A stretch of 49,090 bases of DNA. Origin: an uncultured candidatus Brocadiaceae bacterium. GTDB taxonomy: Bacteria; Planctomycetota; Brocadiia; Brocadiales; Brocadiaceae. Where the stretch lies: assembly GCA_964370795.1 (NCBI GenBank), contig CAYJME010000002.1, positions 9,220 through 58,309 of the forward strand, in the 5' to 3' direction. The position numbers and the translations under genes are program-made. This document shows, in pieces, positions 30,759 through 40,156 of the stretch. The notes under the pieces are model-generated. The model was not told the origin of the DNA, did not search any database, and worked only from the letters and a program-made list of their open reading frames with translations. The number at the start of each line of letters is the position of its first letter. The stretch's first letter is position 1.

Positions 30759-31220
30759 ATGTCAATCAATAGCATTCATTACAAAATAAATTATAAAACC
30801 GATGCGAAACAGAATAAACCAGAAAAGATATTTAAAGAATTTTTTCTCTTTGATAAAAATATCCCAACAAACTCATCAACGCCGTGGCAACCGTTTACCG
30901 ATGTTTATGAAACTCCCGATGAAATCGTTGTAAAAATGTCACTCTCCGGAACAAGGCCGGAAGATATCAGGGTCGTCTTTTCAGGTGAAACGCTTACCAT
31001 TACTGGTTTCCGGTCCGACACATCGTCCCACGAAAAAATCTGTTTCTATCAGGTAGAAATTCCTTATGGACATTTTGAACGAAGCATTTATATCCCAAAA
31101 CCCATTGATACTGACAATATTCAAGCCACATATAAGGACGGTTTTCTCGATGTCCTTTTACCCAAGACACAGCAGCAACCATCCAAAACATTTTCAATAA
31201 AGATTAATTTTCACCAATAA
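30759..31220 (+). CDS. Hsp20/alpha-crystallin family small heat-shock protein
   Basis: 153 aa. The alpha-crystallin core runs PFTDVYETPDEIVVKMSLSGTRPEDIRV...YGHFERSIYIPKPIDTDNIQATYKDGFLDVLLPK. Confidence 0.9.
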   Translation: MSINSIHYKINYKTDAKQNKPEKIFKEFFLFDKNIPTNSSTPWQPFTDVYETPDEIVVKMSLSGTRPEDIRVVFSGETLTITGFRSDTSSHEKICFYQVEIPYGHFERSIYIPKPIDTDNIQATYKDGFLDVLLPKTQQQPSKTFSIKINFHQ

Positions 31221-31256
31221 AAAAACATAATAATTTTTTACCAAGAATGACAGCTT

Positions 31257-33686
31257 ATGAAAGACAGAGAAGAATTACCCGATAAAGAACCGTTAACCGC
31301 ACAGTCAGAGGCGGACGACACTGTCAAATCAGAGAGGGTTAAAATCCCCAGAGAACTGCCTATCCTGCCGGTCAAGGACACGGTAGTTTTCCCCAGTATG
31401 GTGGCAGCGTTAAGCGTTTATACCGAACGGGATATTAAACTCCTGAACCATGTCCTTGCTGGTAACCGATTCCTTGCACTTGTTGCACAAAAAGAAAAGG
31501 ACATGAAGATTGTAAAACAATCTGATCTCTATGAGTATGCCACTGCCGCTGTCGTGCTTCAGATGTTACGTATGCCTGACAATTCTGCCAAGATGCTCGT
31601 GCAGGGAATAAGCAGAATCAAGATCAACGAATATACACAAACAGAGCCTTATTTTTCGGCAAAAATCTCCGTACTCGACGACATCATCGAAAACGACCGT
31701 GAGACAGAGGCGCTGGCAAGAAATGCCGCCGACCAGTTTGTCCGCATGATCTCCCTGGCGCCTTCTCTTCCGGAAGAATTAAAGATAGCCATTGTCAACA
31801 TTGACAGCCCAAGCCGTCTGGCTGACATGATCGCCTCCCACCTCAATATCAGCGTCGCTGAAAAACAACAGGTACTTGAGTCTATCAATGTAAAGGCACG
31901 ATTACAGAAGGTGACCGCCCTGATTACCGGTGAAATGGAAGTACTGGAGATGGCTACCAAGATACAGTCCCAGGTAAAAAGCGAGATGGAAAAGGGGCAG
32001 CGGGAATACTATCTGAGGCAGCAACTAAAGGCAATCCAGGATGAATTAGGCGAGGGAGACGAGCGCTCTATGGAAATAAAGGAACTCACCAAGAAAATCG
32101 AAGATGCAAAAATGCCATCAGAAGCCAAAAAAGAGGCAGAGCGAGAATTAGGCAGGCTCTCTAAAATGCCATCAGCATCCGCAGAATATACTGTTTCCCG
32201 GACGTATCTCGATCTCCTGGTTGCCCTTCCGTGGTCAGTCACCACCACGGACAGTCTGGACATTCCAGCCGCTCGTAAGATATTGGACGAAGATCATTAC
32301 GACCTCGAAAAAGTTAAAGAGAGGATTTTGGAATACCTCGCCGTCCGTAAATTAAAACAGGACATGAAAGGCCCTATCCTGTGCTTTGTCGGCCCGCCAG
32401 GCACAGGAAAGACATCCGTAGGTATGTCAATTGCCCGTGCTATCGGTCGAAAATTTGTCCGCATGTCACTCGGTGGCGTGCGTGACGAGGCAGAAATCAG
32501 AGGTCATCGTCGTACCTATATCGGCGCTCTGCCAGGTCGGATTATACAGGGTTTGCGAAAGGCTGGATCAAATAACCCTGTATTCATGCTTGATGAAATC
32601 GATAAACTGGGCGCCGATTTCAGGGGTGACCCTTCCGCAGCGCTTTTAGAGGTTCTTGATCCAGAACAAAACCACTCATTCGAAGACCATTATCTGGACG
32701 TACCCTTTGATCTGCGAAATGTAATGTTTATTACGACAGCAAACCTATTAGACACCGTTCCACCGGCGCTGAGAGACCGGATGGAAGTCCTGGAACTCCC
32801 CGGATACACGGCAGAAGAAAAGATATTTATCGCAAGGCAGTTTACCATACCAAAACAACTCAAAGAACACGGCCTCACCCATGAGCAGGTGACTCTTGAC
32901 GATGATGTTATTCAGTCAATCATCACCGATTATACCCGCGAGGCAGGGATCCGGAATCTGGAACGTGAAATCGCAACCATTTTCAGAAAGGTTGCTAAAG
33001 ATATTGCCTCCGGTGAAAAACAGTCTGTCCACGTACCAGCAGACCAGTTACACCATTATTTGGGGCCTATTAAATTTTTCTCAGAGGTTGCAGAACGGAC
33101 TACGGAGGCGGGCGTCGCCACGGGTCTTGCCTGGACACAGGCCGGCGGTGACATCCTCTTTATCGAGGCCACCAGCATGCCCGGCACAGGAAAACTTATG
33201 CTCACGGGGCAGCTCGGCGATGTCATGAAGGAATCGGCCCAGGCGGCAATGAGTTACATTCGGGCGAAATTAGACAAACTGGAGATCACCTTCAAGGACT
33301 TCAATAAATACGACTTCCATATCCACATCCCCGCGGGCGCCATCCCCAAGGACGGCCCGTCTGCCGGAGTTACTATGGCCATGTCACTTATCTCATTACT
33401 GAAAAACAAACCTGTTCTCTCCCATGTCGCCATGACGGGCGAGATCACCCTGCGTGGACGTGTACTCCCCGTTGGCGGTATCAAGGAAAAGGTTTTGGCT
33501 GCAAAACGGGCAGGAATTACCACCATTCTTTTGCCCAGGCGGAACGAAAAAGACCTCATAGAAGTCCCGGAAAATGCAAAAAAGGACATAAATTTCGTTT
33601 TCGTAGAAAAGGTAGACGAAATGTTACCCGTCGTTTTTGGCGCCAAAGAACCCGAGAAGAAGAAAAAGAAGGGGATTTTTTCGTAA
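31257..33686 (+). CDS. lon: ATP-dependent protease Lon
   Basis: 809 aa. It has the LON N-terminal domain, AAA+ Walker A (GPPGTGKTS), Walker B (FMLDEIDK), and a protease domain with DGPSAGVTM and GGIKEKVLAAKRAG. Confidence 0.97.
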   Translation: MKDREELPDKEPLTAQSEADDTVKSERVKIPRELPILPVKDTVVFPSMVAALSVYTERDIKLLNHVLAGNRFLALVAQKEKDMKIVKQSDLYEYATAAVVLQMLRMPDNSAKMLVQGISRIKINEYTQTEPYFSAKISVLDDIIENDRETEALARNAADQFVRMISLAPSLPEELKIAIVNIDSPSRLADMIASHLNISVAEKQQVLESINVKARLQKVTALITGEMEVLEMATKIQSQVKSEMEKGQREYYLRQQLKAIQDELGEGDERSMEIKELTKKIEDAKMPSEAKKEAERELGRLSKMPSASAEYTVSRTYLDLLVALPWSVTTTDSLDIPAARKILDEDHYDLEKVKERILEYLAVRKLKQDMKGPILCFVGPPGTGKTSVGMSIARAIGRKFVRMSLGGVRDEAEIRGHRRTYIGALPGRIIQGLRKAGSNNPVFMLDEIDKLGADFRGDPSAALLEVLDPEQNHSFEDHYLDVPFDLRNVMFITTANLLDTVPPALRDRMEVLELPGYTAEEKIFIARQFTIPKQLKEHGLTHEQVTLDDDVIQSIITDYTREAGIRNLEREIATIFRKVAKDIASGEKQSVHVPADQLHHYLGPIKFFSEVAERTTEAGVATGLAWTQAGGDILFIEATSMPGTGKLMLTGQLGDVMKESAQAAMSYIRAKLDKLEITFKDFNKYDFHIHIPAGAIPKDGPSAGVTMAMSLISLLKNKPVLSHVAMTGEITLRGRVLPVGGIKEKVLAAKRAGITTILLPRRNEKDLIEVPENAKKDINFVFVEKVDEMLPVVFGAKEPEKKKKKGIFS

Positions 33687-33948
33687 GCAGGACAAACATT
33701 CTACAAAAGTTTACAAACAGTTTTCCTCTGTACCTCAGTTTCTCAGGATTGAGTGTGCGCGGATTGTGGTTACCTCTTTTGAAAACCCATAAACCCCTTT
33801 TCTTCTTTTAATTCTCATTTTTTTGATAAAATTCACTCACTATAAGCTGCGTATTGAAAAGCATTTTATCAAATCGTGTATAAACTCCGTGACCAAAAAG
33901 TGTTTCAAAACAATTAGGCCACAACGTACTGTTGTCCTTATAGTCTAC

Positions 33949-34604
33949 TCAAATGGTTCTTCCATAATGAGGAGCTCTCATCCTTACCTTCATCTTCTCG
34001 AACAACACATTCATATCTGCGCCTTTACCCAGGATTCCATCTAGCCGCTTATTTAATATTTGCTCATTACCGGTTTTAGCAAACGCATCTGATCCGGCAA
34101 TCGCCGATTGTTGCACATAATCGCCATCTTTCGTGACAAAAAACATTGTATCTATAACCCCAGCCAGAAACTCATCTCCACGGTGGTTAATAATATTCAA
34201 CAAATGATACTTCCCCTCTCCCCATCCATAGCGAGGGGGTGTTCCAAAGGTAACAATGTCCAACTGCACCCGCCGAATTTTTTGTAAGTACGCATCAAAT
34301 TTTGAAATATCTATTCCACCCTCACTGGCAATAGTCAAAAGCCTGTCAACTCCTGGTGATTGACCTAAAAAGTTTGTCATGAGCGCAAATACCTGACCGG
34401 CATGGCTATGCCCTAATAATAACACCCGTTCTCCCAATGAGTATAAGAAGTCGTGGGTCGGGAGCTAATATATTCCTGAGGAGTAAGATCAGCTTTGACT
34501 GTACATTTAATACAAGACAAGATAATAAAAAAAACACAAAAAGAACTGTAATAATATCTCCACATATTATTTCCTTTAAACTCCATTTTAGAAATATTAT
34601 TCAT
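33949..34604 (-). pseudogene. Possible frameshifted or truncated lipoprotein alpha/beta-hydrolase (lipase-like) remnant
   Basis: ORF 34413..34604 encodes only a hydrophobic leader ending ILSC. ORF 33949..34437 is in another frame and starts at TTG, right at a nucleophile-elbow-like VLLLGHSHAGQV, followed by FGTPPRYGW. The 60-100 aa that normally precede the elbow in alpha/beta-hydrolases are missing. Confidence 0.35.
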
Positions 34605-35014
34605 GAGTTTCTGAGTTCCGGATTTAAAAAGAACGAAAAATGTCTTTACCTACAACTCCTGGCGCTCTTCCGACTTGTTCGGGTCAGGTGTTCAGCCAAA
34701 CGATTAGGACACGTGTCATTTTACAATGAAATTATTACTTTTTTTCTTTTTCATCCTCTGGCTTTTTACCAACCCCTCTCAGGTTAACGAATTTGTTTAG
34801 CAAATCAAACCAAAAAGGAGCGCCCTGGGATATTGCCAGCGAAGTAAATATTATTCCTATACTTTATACGCCCAGCCCCTTGCATCGTCTGGAAACGTTC
34901 CTGGGTCGTCCTTTAAAGCTTTAGGGTTACATCCTCCATATCAATAGAAATTTTCAAAATACATTTTAAAAAATTGTAGTATGTTGATACTTTCAGAGTT
35001 TGAGGATTCTGCCA

Positions 35015-35461
35015 CTAGCCGCTCTTTTTCTCTCTGCTAATTTTTATATGAGCCTGGTCACGTTCGAAAACTCCGGTTTCTATTAAAACAAACGTCAGCT
35101 TATACTTATATTCTTCATCTTCAAATTTTATTATTTCATTCTCAGATATTCTTCCAGTTTGCTCATAGAGTACTTGCCTTTCACCGTCATTTAGATATTT
35201 TGTTACTTTCAAACCTGTAATTTTTGTCACATTCCAAAAACGAGGCCAGAATCGCATATCGCCTACTTCTATGGTCAAATTAAAATAATCTACTTTTAAA
35301 GGTGATTTTTCCCTTATTTTCAGATGCTGGTAACTCACTAAATCATTTAATGTTTTTTCCAAAGTCTTTTTACTTGCATTAAGTTCTTTTTCCCCCAATG
35401 CAGATAATTTTTTTTCACTCTTTTCCACCTCTTCTGTTGCTTTTACAGTAGCACTGCCCAT
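35015..35461 (-). CDS. Hypothetical protein (charged helical N-terminus, beta-rich C-terminal half)
   Basis: 148-aa ORF with protein-like composition, no signal peptide and no recognisable motif. The Shine-Dalgarno site is weak. It is the last ORF of the island direction-wise. Confidence 0.5.
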   Translation of the reverse strand: MGSATVKATEEVEKSEKKLSALGEKELNASKKTLEKTLNDLVSYQHLKIREKSPLKVDYFNLTIEVGDMRFWPRFWNVTKITGLKVTKYLNDGERQVLYEQTGRISENEIIKFEDEEYKYKLTFVLIETGVFERDQAHIKISREKKSG

Positions 35462-35631
35462 AACTATTAATGATTTTTCAAGTTCGTAAGTACTCTTTAT
35501 GAGAATTTTTTCTTGCTGACAGAAAGCCTTTTTGGTTTAACATTATTCCCATTCATGTTTTTCATTAAAGAATGTATCTATCTGGTCTTGCTAAACTCAT
35601 GGTTGCCATGCGTTTGTGCATTCAAAACTTA

Positions 35632-35656
35632 GGGAGCAGGTTGTAAACCTGCTCCC
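35632..35656 (-). terminator. Terminator-like hairpin, family copy 1
   Basis: GGGAGCAGG-TTGTAAA-CCTGCTCCC forms a perfect 9-bp GC-rich stem. It lies about 60 nt after the stop of ORF 35715..36890. On the minus strand it is followed by TAAGTTTTG. It is 22/25 identical to 42615-42639. Confidence 0.5.
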
Positions 35657-35714
35657 CACAAGAGTAATTTAAAATAAACACACAAACCTTTTTTCAAAGA
35701 ATAATCATATACTA

Positions 35715-36890
35715 TCATTGCTTTTCCGGAAATTTAAAACCAATATAGGTACCTGAACTGATTCCCATAAGCGCCAATAATTCTTTTGGAAATTCTGGCA
35801 TTGTAAGGACATTTAATACTGACGAAATAAAAATAATCCCAAGGACAACAGTCCAAGCTGCTATCTGGAAGCGGTAAAAGCTAATCCCATTTGCATCACT
35901 AAGTATATCTGTAAAAAATCCTTCCGAAGGCACGGAATTTACCGTAGAACTAAATCCCTGAATCTCACTCTGAACTTGATTAAGCCGAACGGTTTTTTCT
36001 GATAATTCTTTTTTAAGGTCACTTAGATTTGCAGGGGGTGGATTCGCGTTGATAGCATTATTAAGATTGGTAACTTCCGCTTGCAATTTTGCCTCTTCCA
36101 CCTGATGAGTTTTAAGCTGACCGTCTGAATCATTTCGTTTACTGAAATCAATAATCGTAGCCCCCAACATGGTGCTCGCACTAATGCCTATAAGCATAAG
36201 CACTGACGACGTAAGCGTACCATAAGCAGTCGTGACCATCCAAATAAAGACATAAGAAGCGATTACCAGGAAAAACCAGAATGCCATTTGTGTACGGGCA
36301 AGGCTAAAGGGTCTCCTGTTCTGTTTTCCCTTTCGATTATTTCCTGCGGGCTGCGTGCCAGCGTCACGCAACATATCGCTGTAAATGGCGAACATAACAA
36401 ACAGCCCAATTGAGAGACCCAAAATAACTATATAAGTCCAAAACCAATTACTAAGTATAACAGTAAGTCTGTGTTTTTTAATATCCGTCTCTAATGGTTT
36501 ATTCTCAAGCCCTACTGTAATAGCAATGTCTTTCGAGAAACCTTTTGGTTTTCCAAGTAAACTATCCCATGATTTCTCAGATTCGGGAGTACGCTTAAGG
36601 TCAAAAATAATCTGTTCATTTTTACCACCTACAAGCCTTGAAGGGATGCCTTTTATTGGATATCCATCCAGGTATAGTATAATTTTTGAAAGTTCATTTT
36701 TGGCTTCAGTTAATAATCCTGAAAGATTCTTTACCGTAATGGTAATGGAATTAGAAAGTTCACACTCCCCCACAACTTCAGTGACTCGGGGTTCAGATAT
36801 ATCCTGAGCATATACGCTATGTATAGCTATGATCCCTATTCCAAAAAACATCAGAAAATTTAAGATAAACGTGAGTTTATTCTTGTACAT
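35715..36890 (-). CDS. Polytopic membrane protein with extracytoplasmic beta-rich domain and an internal coiled-coil loop
   Basis: 391 aa with a GGAGGGA Shine-Dalgarno site. The signal or anchor helix ends VYAQD, followed by a ~120-aa domain. Three TM helices come next, then a ~75-aa heptad-like segment (QVEEAKLQAEVTNLNNAI...LSEKTVRLNQVQSEIQ), then two more TM helices. I cannot name a family. Confidence 0.75.
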   Translation of the reverse strand: MYKNKLTFILNFLMFFGIGIIAIHSVYAQDISEPRVTEVVGECELSNSITITVKNLSGLLTEAKNELSKIILYLDGYPIKGIPSRLVGGKNEQIIFDLKRTPESEKSWDSLLGKPKGFSKDIAITVGLENKPLETDIKKHRLTVILSNWFWTYIVILGLSIGLFVMFAIYSDMLRDAGTQPAGNNRKGKQNRRPFSLARTQMAFWFFLVIASYVFIWMVTTAYGTLTSSVLMLIGISASTMLGATIIDFSKRNDSDGQLKTHQVEEAKLQAEVTNLNNAINANPPPANLSDLKKELSEKTVRLNQVQSEIQGFSSTVNSVPSEGFFTDILSDANGISFYRFQIAAWTVVLGIIFISSVLNVLTMPEFPKELLALMGISSGTYIGFKFPEKQ

Positions 36891-36974
36891 TATAATTCCC
36901 TCCCTGAGCTTTACACCCTGTCATCAGCGGTGTGTAGCTTCATGTAAATTTTACTATAAATTTAGTTTTTTGAA

Positions 36975-36998
36975 AAAACCCTGTAAAAATAGGGTTTT
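36975..36998 (-). terminator. Terminator-like hairpin after trypsin-like protease gene
   Basis: AAAACCCT (36975-36982) pairs with AGGGTTTT (36991-36998) around an 8-nt loop. On the minus-strand transcript the stem runs into UUUUUU. Confidence 0.45.
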
Positions 36999-37118
36999 AA
37001 AGTTGTGGGTAGGAACGAAGGATTTGCCCGCATCAAACACACCCCTAAAGCCCTTATTAGAGGGGACCTTTGCTGTTTTGGCAAAATAGTTGTCATTTCC
37101 GTATTTTATAGTTACATA

Positions 37119-38300
37119 CTATCCAATATCCTCAAAACCTTTAAAATTAAAATTCCGTCCGGGAATATACGATAATCGCAAAAAAAATGACTTCGCATCA
37201 ACGGCATACCCGTGTTGCAAATCCAGGTTATGGAGAAAATGAAAGCCCAGTAAACGGACTCCATTCCCTTTTGAAGAATTAATAAATACGGGAGAGCCAC
37301 TATCGCCTTCGACAGTTTCGACATCACCCGTATACCTATATTTCCAAACAAATCCATAATCCATTCTTGCACCACCCAAGATAGGCGGTGAAAAGAAATC
37401 CACGCCGTCCATTAAATCAATATCCAGGCACTGAGCACCATCATTACGTTCAACCCATAGTAATCCGTTGGTATTTGTATCACGAATAGCAGCGTGAATA
37501 TCTTCGCTTGTGGCAATCTTGCCATCAAACCCACGAGGCCATAAGGTTTTCTCTGAAACAAATTCTTTTGGTATTTTAAAAAGCATGGCATCAGTAATGT
37601 GACTGTTTTTCATTATGTTTGTAGGGAGAAAACTATCCGAATAAATTTTAAACCATTGTCTCCCATGAAAACCTAAGGCACGATCACCATCGGGAGATCT
37701 ATAATTACCATTGGATACATCAATAAACACGTGGCCTGCGCTCGTTGCCCAATGGGTTCTGCCATTGTCCATAACAAGAAGTGATCCAACAGTGCCGATC
37801 ATTACCTTTTCTCCATCCTTAAAAGTCCCTGTATTTTCAGACACAGTTGAACGTCCAAAACCAAACCTTCTTCCTACATCGATGCGTTCAGCCGTAGGCC
37901 AATTTTGTTTCAATGTAGTCGAAAGGCTCGGTTGACCAACTTCCACGACATCAAGCAAAACACGTATTTTACCCTCACCAGGAATACATATAACCAGATA
38001 TTTGGGGATTCTCTCTCTTCTGGACAAATTATCAGGACGACGTTTTTTGTCGACAAAAACTTTGATACAAAGTCCACCTGCAGATTTTGATAGTGGCGCA
38101 TAGCGTCTTTCTTTTTCCTTAAACTTACGACCAATTCCAAGCCCACACACTCCAGGTAATTGTGCAAACCTATGAGAAGCTGTCTGATAAGCTATTTTTA
38201 AGTCAGGATATCTCCTCAACCACATATTTATCTGCCTACCAGGACGATAGTAATTCCTTTCATCAGATTGCTTCAATGAACGTTTTTTTACTGCACACAT
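37119..38300 (-). CDS. Trypsin-fold (S1/PA clan) serine peptidase with ~160-aa N-terminal extension, no signal peptide
   Basis: 393 aa. The ordered triad contexts are TSAGH190VF, ITD237AMLFKIP and EGDS334GSPVF. The H-D and D-S spacings are 47 and 97 residues, close to chymotrypsin numbering. Its start is 13 nt after the upstream lipoprotein stop. Confidence 0.8.
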   Translation of the reverse strand: MCAVKKRSLKQSDERNYYRPGRQINMWLRRYPDLKIAYQTASHRFAQLPGVCGLGIGRKFKEKERRYAPLSKSAGGLCIKVFVDKKRRPDNLSRRERIPKYLVICIPGEGKIRVLLDVVEVGQPSLSTTLKQNWPTAERIDVGRRFGFGRSTVSENTGTFKDGEKVMIGTVGSLLVMDNGRTHWATSAGHVFIDVSNGNYRSPDGDRALGFHGRQWFKIYSDSFLPTNIMKNSHITDAMLFKIPKEFVSEKTLWPRGFDGKIATSEDIHAAIRDTNTNGLLWVERNDGAQCLDIDLMDGVDFFSPPILGGARMDYGFVWKYRYTGDVETVEGDSGSPVFINSSKGNGVRLLGFHFLHNLDLQHGYAVDAKSFFLRLSYIPGRNFNFKGFEDIG

Positions 38301-38313
38301 GCCACTTCTCGCA

Positions 38314-39810
38314 TTAGTAAAGATCGCTAATAGGTAACTGAATGATTATTACAACACCTTTGTCGGGAAATTCTACTTGTATTATTTCTTTGTTGGTAAT
38401 TTTATCCTTACCGAGCGAATTCTGTATCCACTCTTTGAATTTATCCTCTTTTTTTTCGTCTGGAGTAAGGTCGCGCGGAAGATTACCAATAGTAATTGTA
38501 GTTGTGTTTGTCTTCTTATCAGCCTTTATCCTCTCTTTAAAGACATTAGTCAATTCAGGGCTAAAATATTTATCAAGACCCGTTCTTAAAGTTTCTTCTA
38601 TCTTACCTTTTGCTTGCTCTATCGGATCTTTTCCACCATCTCCACCTGTAGTTTGTGAACCTTCAAATTCTGCAAGCCTCACTGTTGCTGGCAGGATAAA
38701 TACATCCGTCGTGGCATTAAAAGCAATCATCGTAAATGGTGGGCATGGTATAAACGCCATATCCTGACGAATCCACGGTGCTTGTGACTGCAATAGGAAT
38801 GAACTGAATGCTACATCTTCATCTGGTCCGGCAACTATACCACTATATTTTAGCCATTGTTTTATTTCGCGCGGTTTTAGAACAGGATACAAACCCGGCT
38901 GTGCAATTTTTACTTCTGCAATCTTAAAAACAAGCATATTACCCAAATAATCCTTTATTTCTTCCGGCTTAGATACACCAATTTCTCTGGCTTCCGCTCT
39001 AAAACCGGCCGGCTTTAACATCTTTGAAATTGAAGGCACAGGAGGCAAACCGGCCACGAGCGGAGCCCATGTTGTAACAATACCCGATGCAACTTCAGAG
39101 GCCTTTTCAAACTGATTTATTACATAGGGCACTAGGTTTGAATTGTCCACCTTATTAGAAAATACCTCTGCTGCCCAGCCGTTGCGGAGTTTCGTTTCTA
39201 TCTCCGCGCTACCCAATCCCGTATGCGGTTGAATAATATATTGCTCTTCGAAATCTGGCAAATATACCACATCCATACGGTCTCCAAGGCGTGTCACAGG
39301 ATCGGTGGTATTAATAAAACCTGTCTGTGCATGCAACTCGCTTGGTGGTTTCGCTTCCGGTTGTGGTTGTGGTTGTTCCTTTGGTTTTTCTCCAGTTTCT
39401 GCCCCACCGGCTGTTCCTTTTTCTTCCTTTACCCCTGCAGCAGCTTTTTGTTCATGTTCTCTGCCGGACAATGTTAAAGCAAGTGCCTGGGTAACCGATA
39501 ACTTTTCAGGTAACGCTTTTTTCAACCAAGTCGGTGCATTTTCCGGTTTATCTACCACATATCCCTTTGTACTTTCGTCATAGTGAAAACTTATGAGTGC
39601 AACCCTTTGAGCAACTGGTACTGATTGTTTTAAATGGAGAAACGGGCGCGGGAGATAATAGCGGACACCTTTCATCGAGTCAGCCTTTTTTTGCTGTTCA
39701 TCGGTCCAATTCGAGTATTGCGTTGGTGTCGGTACCTTCACGTAATCGAGACGTGCACAACCAAACATTACTAACACAAACAGTAAAAGCACAGACAAAA
39801 ACATTCGCAT
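38314..39810 (-). CDS. Large lipoprotein of unknown function with Pro/Gln/Glu/Lys-rich linker
   Basis: ATG 39810 is preceded by GAGGAGG. The leader MRMFLSVLLLFVLVMFGC is a lipoprotein-type signal ending G-C. A low-complexity KPKEQPQPQPEAKPP segment is present. About 498 aa, with no motif I can name. Confidence 0.75.
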   Translation of the reverse strand: MRMFLSVLLLFVLVMFGCARLDYVKVPTPTQYSNWTDEQQKKADSMKGVRYYLPRPFLHLKQSVPVAQRVALISFHYDESTKGYVVDKPENAPTWLKKALPEKLSVTQALALTLSGREHEQKAAAGVKEEKGTAGGAETGEKPKEQPQPQPEAKPPSELHAQTGFINTTDPVTRLGDRMDVVYLPDFEEQYIIQPHTGLGSAEIETKLRNGWAAEVFSNKVDNSNLVPYVINQFEKASEVASGIVTTWAPLVAGLPPVPSISKMLKPAGFRAEAREIGVSKPEEIKDYLGNMLVFKIAEVKIAQPGLYPVLKPREIKQWLKYSGIVAGPDEDVAFSSFLLQSQAPWIRQDMAFIPCPPFTMIAFNATTDVFILPATVRLAEFEGSQTTGGDGGKDPIEQAKGKIEETLRTGLDKYFSPELTNVFKERIKADKKTNTTTITIGNLPRDLTPDEKKEDKFKEWIQNSLGKDKITNKEIIQVEFPDKGVVIIIQLPISDLY

Positions 39811-40064
39811 AATATATACCCTCCTCACCCAAACAAGTCGGAAAAAATATCAATACCCACAAACCATTCTTTAACGTTTCAACAGCTACCATTTCTTACG
39901 ATCATGTTAATTGCTTTAAGTACAGTATCATAAATACCCTAGCACTGCAAAGCCGCAATTAAATTCTTCAGGCAAAAGAAACAACCCTCAAAGTCCTTCC
40001 CGGTCTAAAGGAGATTTCCCGTATCAAAGGGAGTGAAGGAGTATAAAACAAATGGCAAACACCG

Positions 40065-40114
40065 GCGATTACATTTTCAGGCGTTCTTTTCTTGCACCTG
40101 TCAGCGCCTATCGC
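40065..40114 (-). terminator. Possible terminator (nested GC stems) after C11 peptidase gene
   Basis: GCGAT (40065-40069) pairs with ATCGC (40110-40114), and AGGCG (40079-40083) pairs with CGCCT (40105-40109). On the minus strand this is followed by T-rich GTTTGCCATTTGTTTTAT. Confidence 0.3.
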
Positions 40115-40156
40115 GCAAGGTTCGCTGATTACCATATGTGTGGACTTAAGCATCTC

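Noticed and set aside
39968-40153. 61-aa minus-strand ORF in the spacer between the C11 gene and the lipoprotein gene
   Set aside because: It has no Shine-Dalgarno site and overlaps the nested GC stems that look like the C11 terminator. Its composition is unremarkable. It is likely non-coding.
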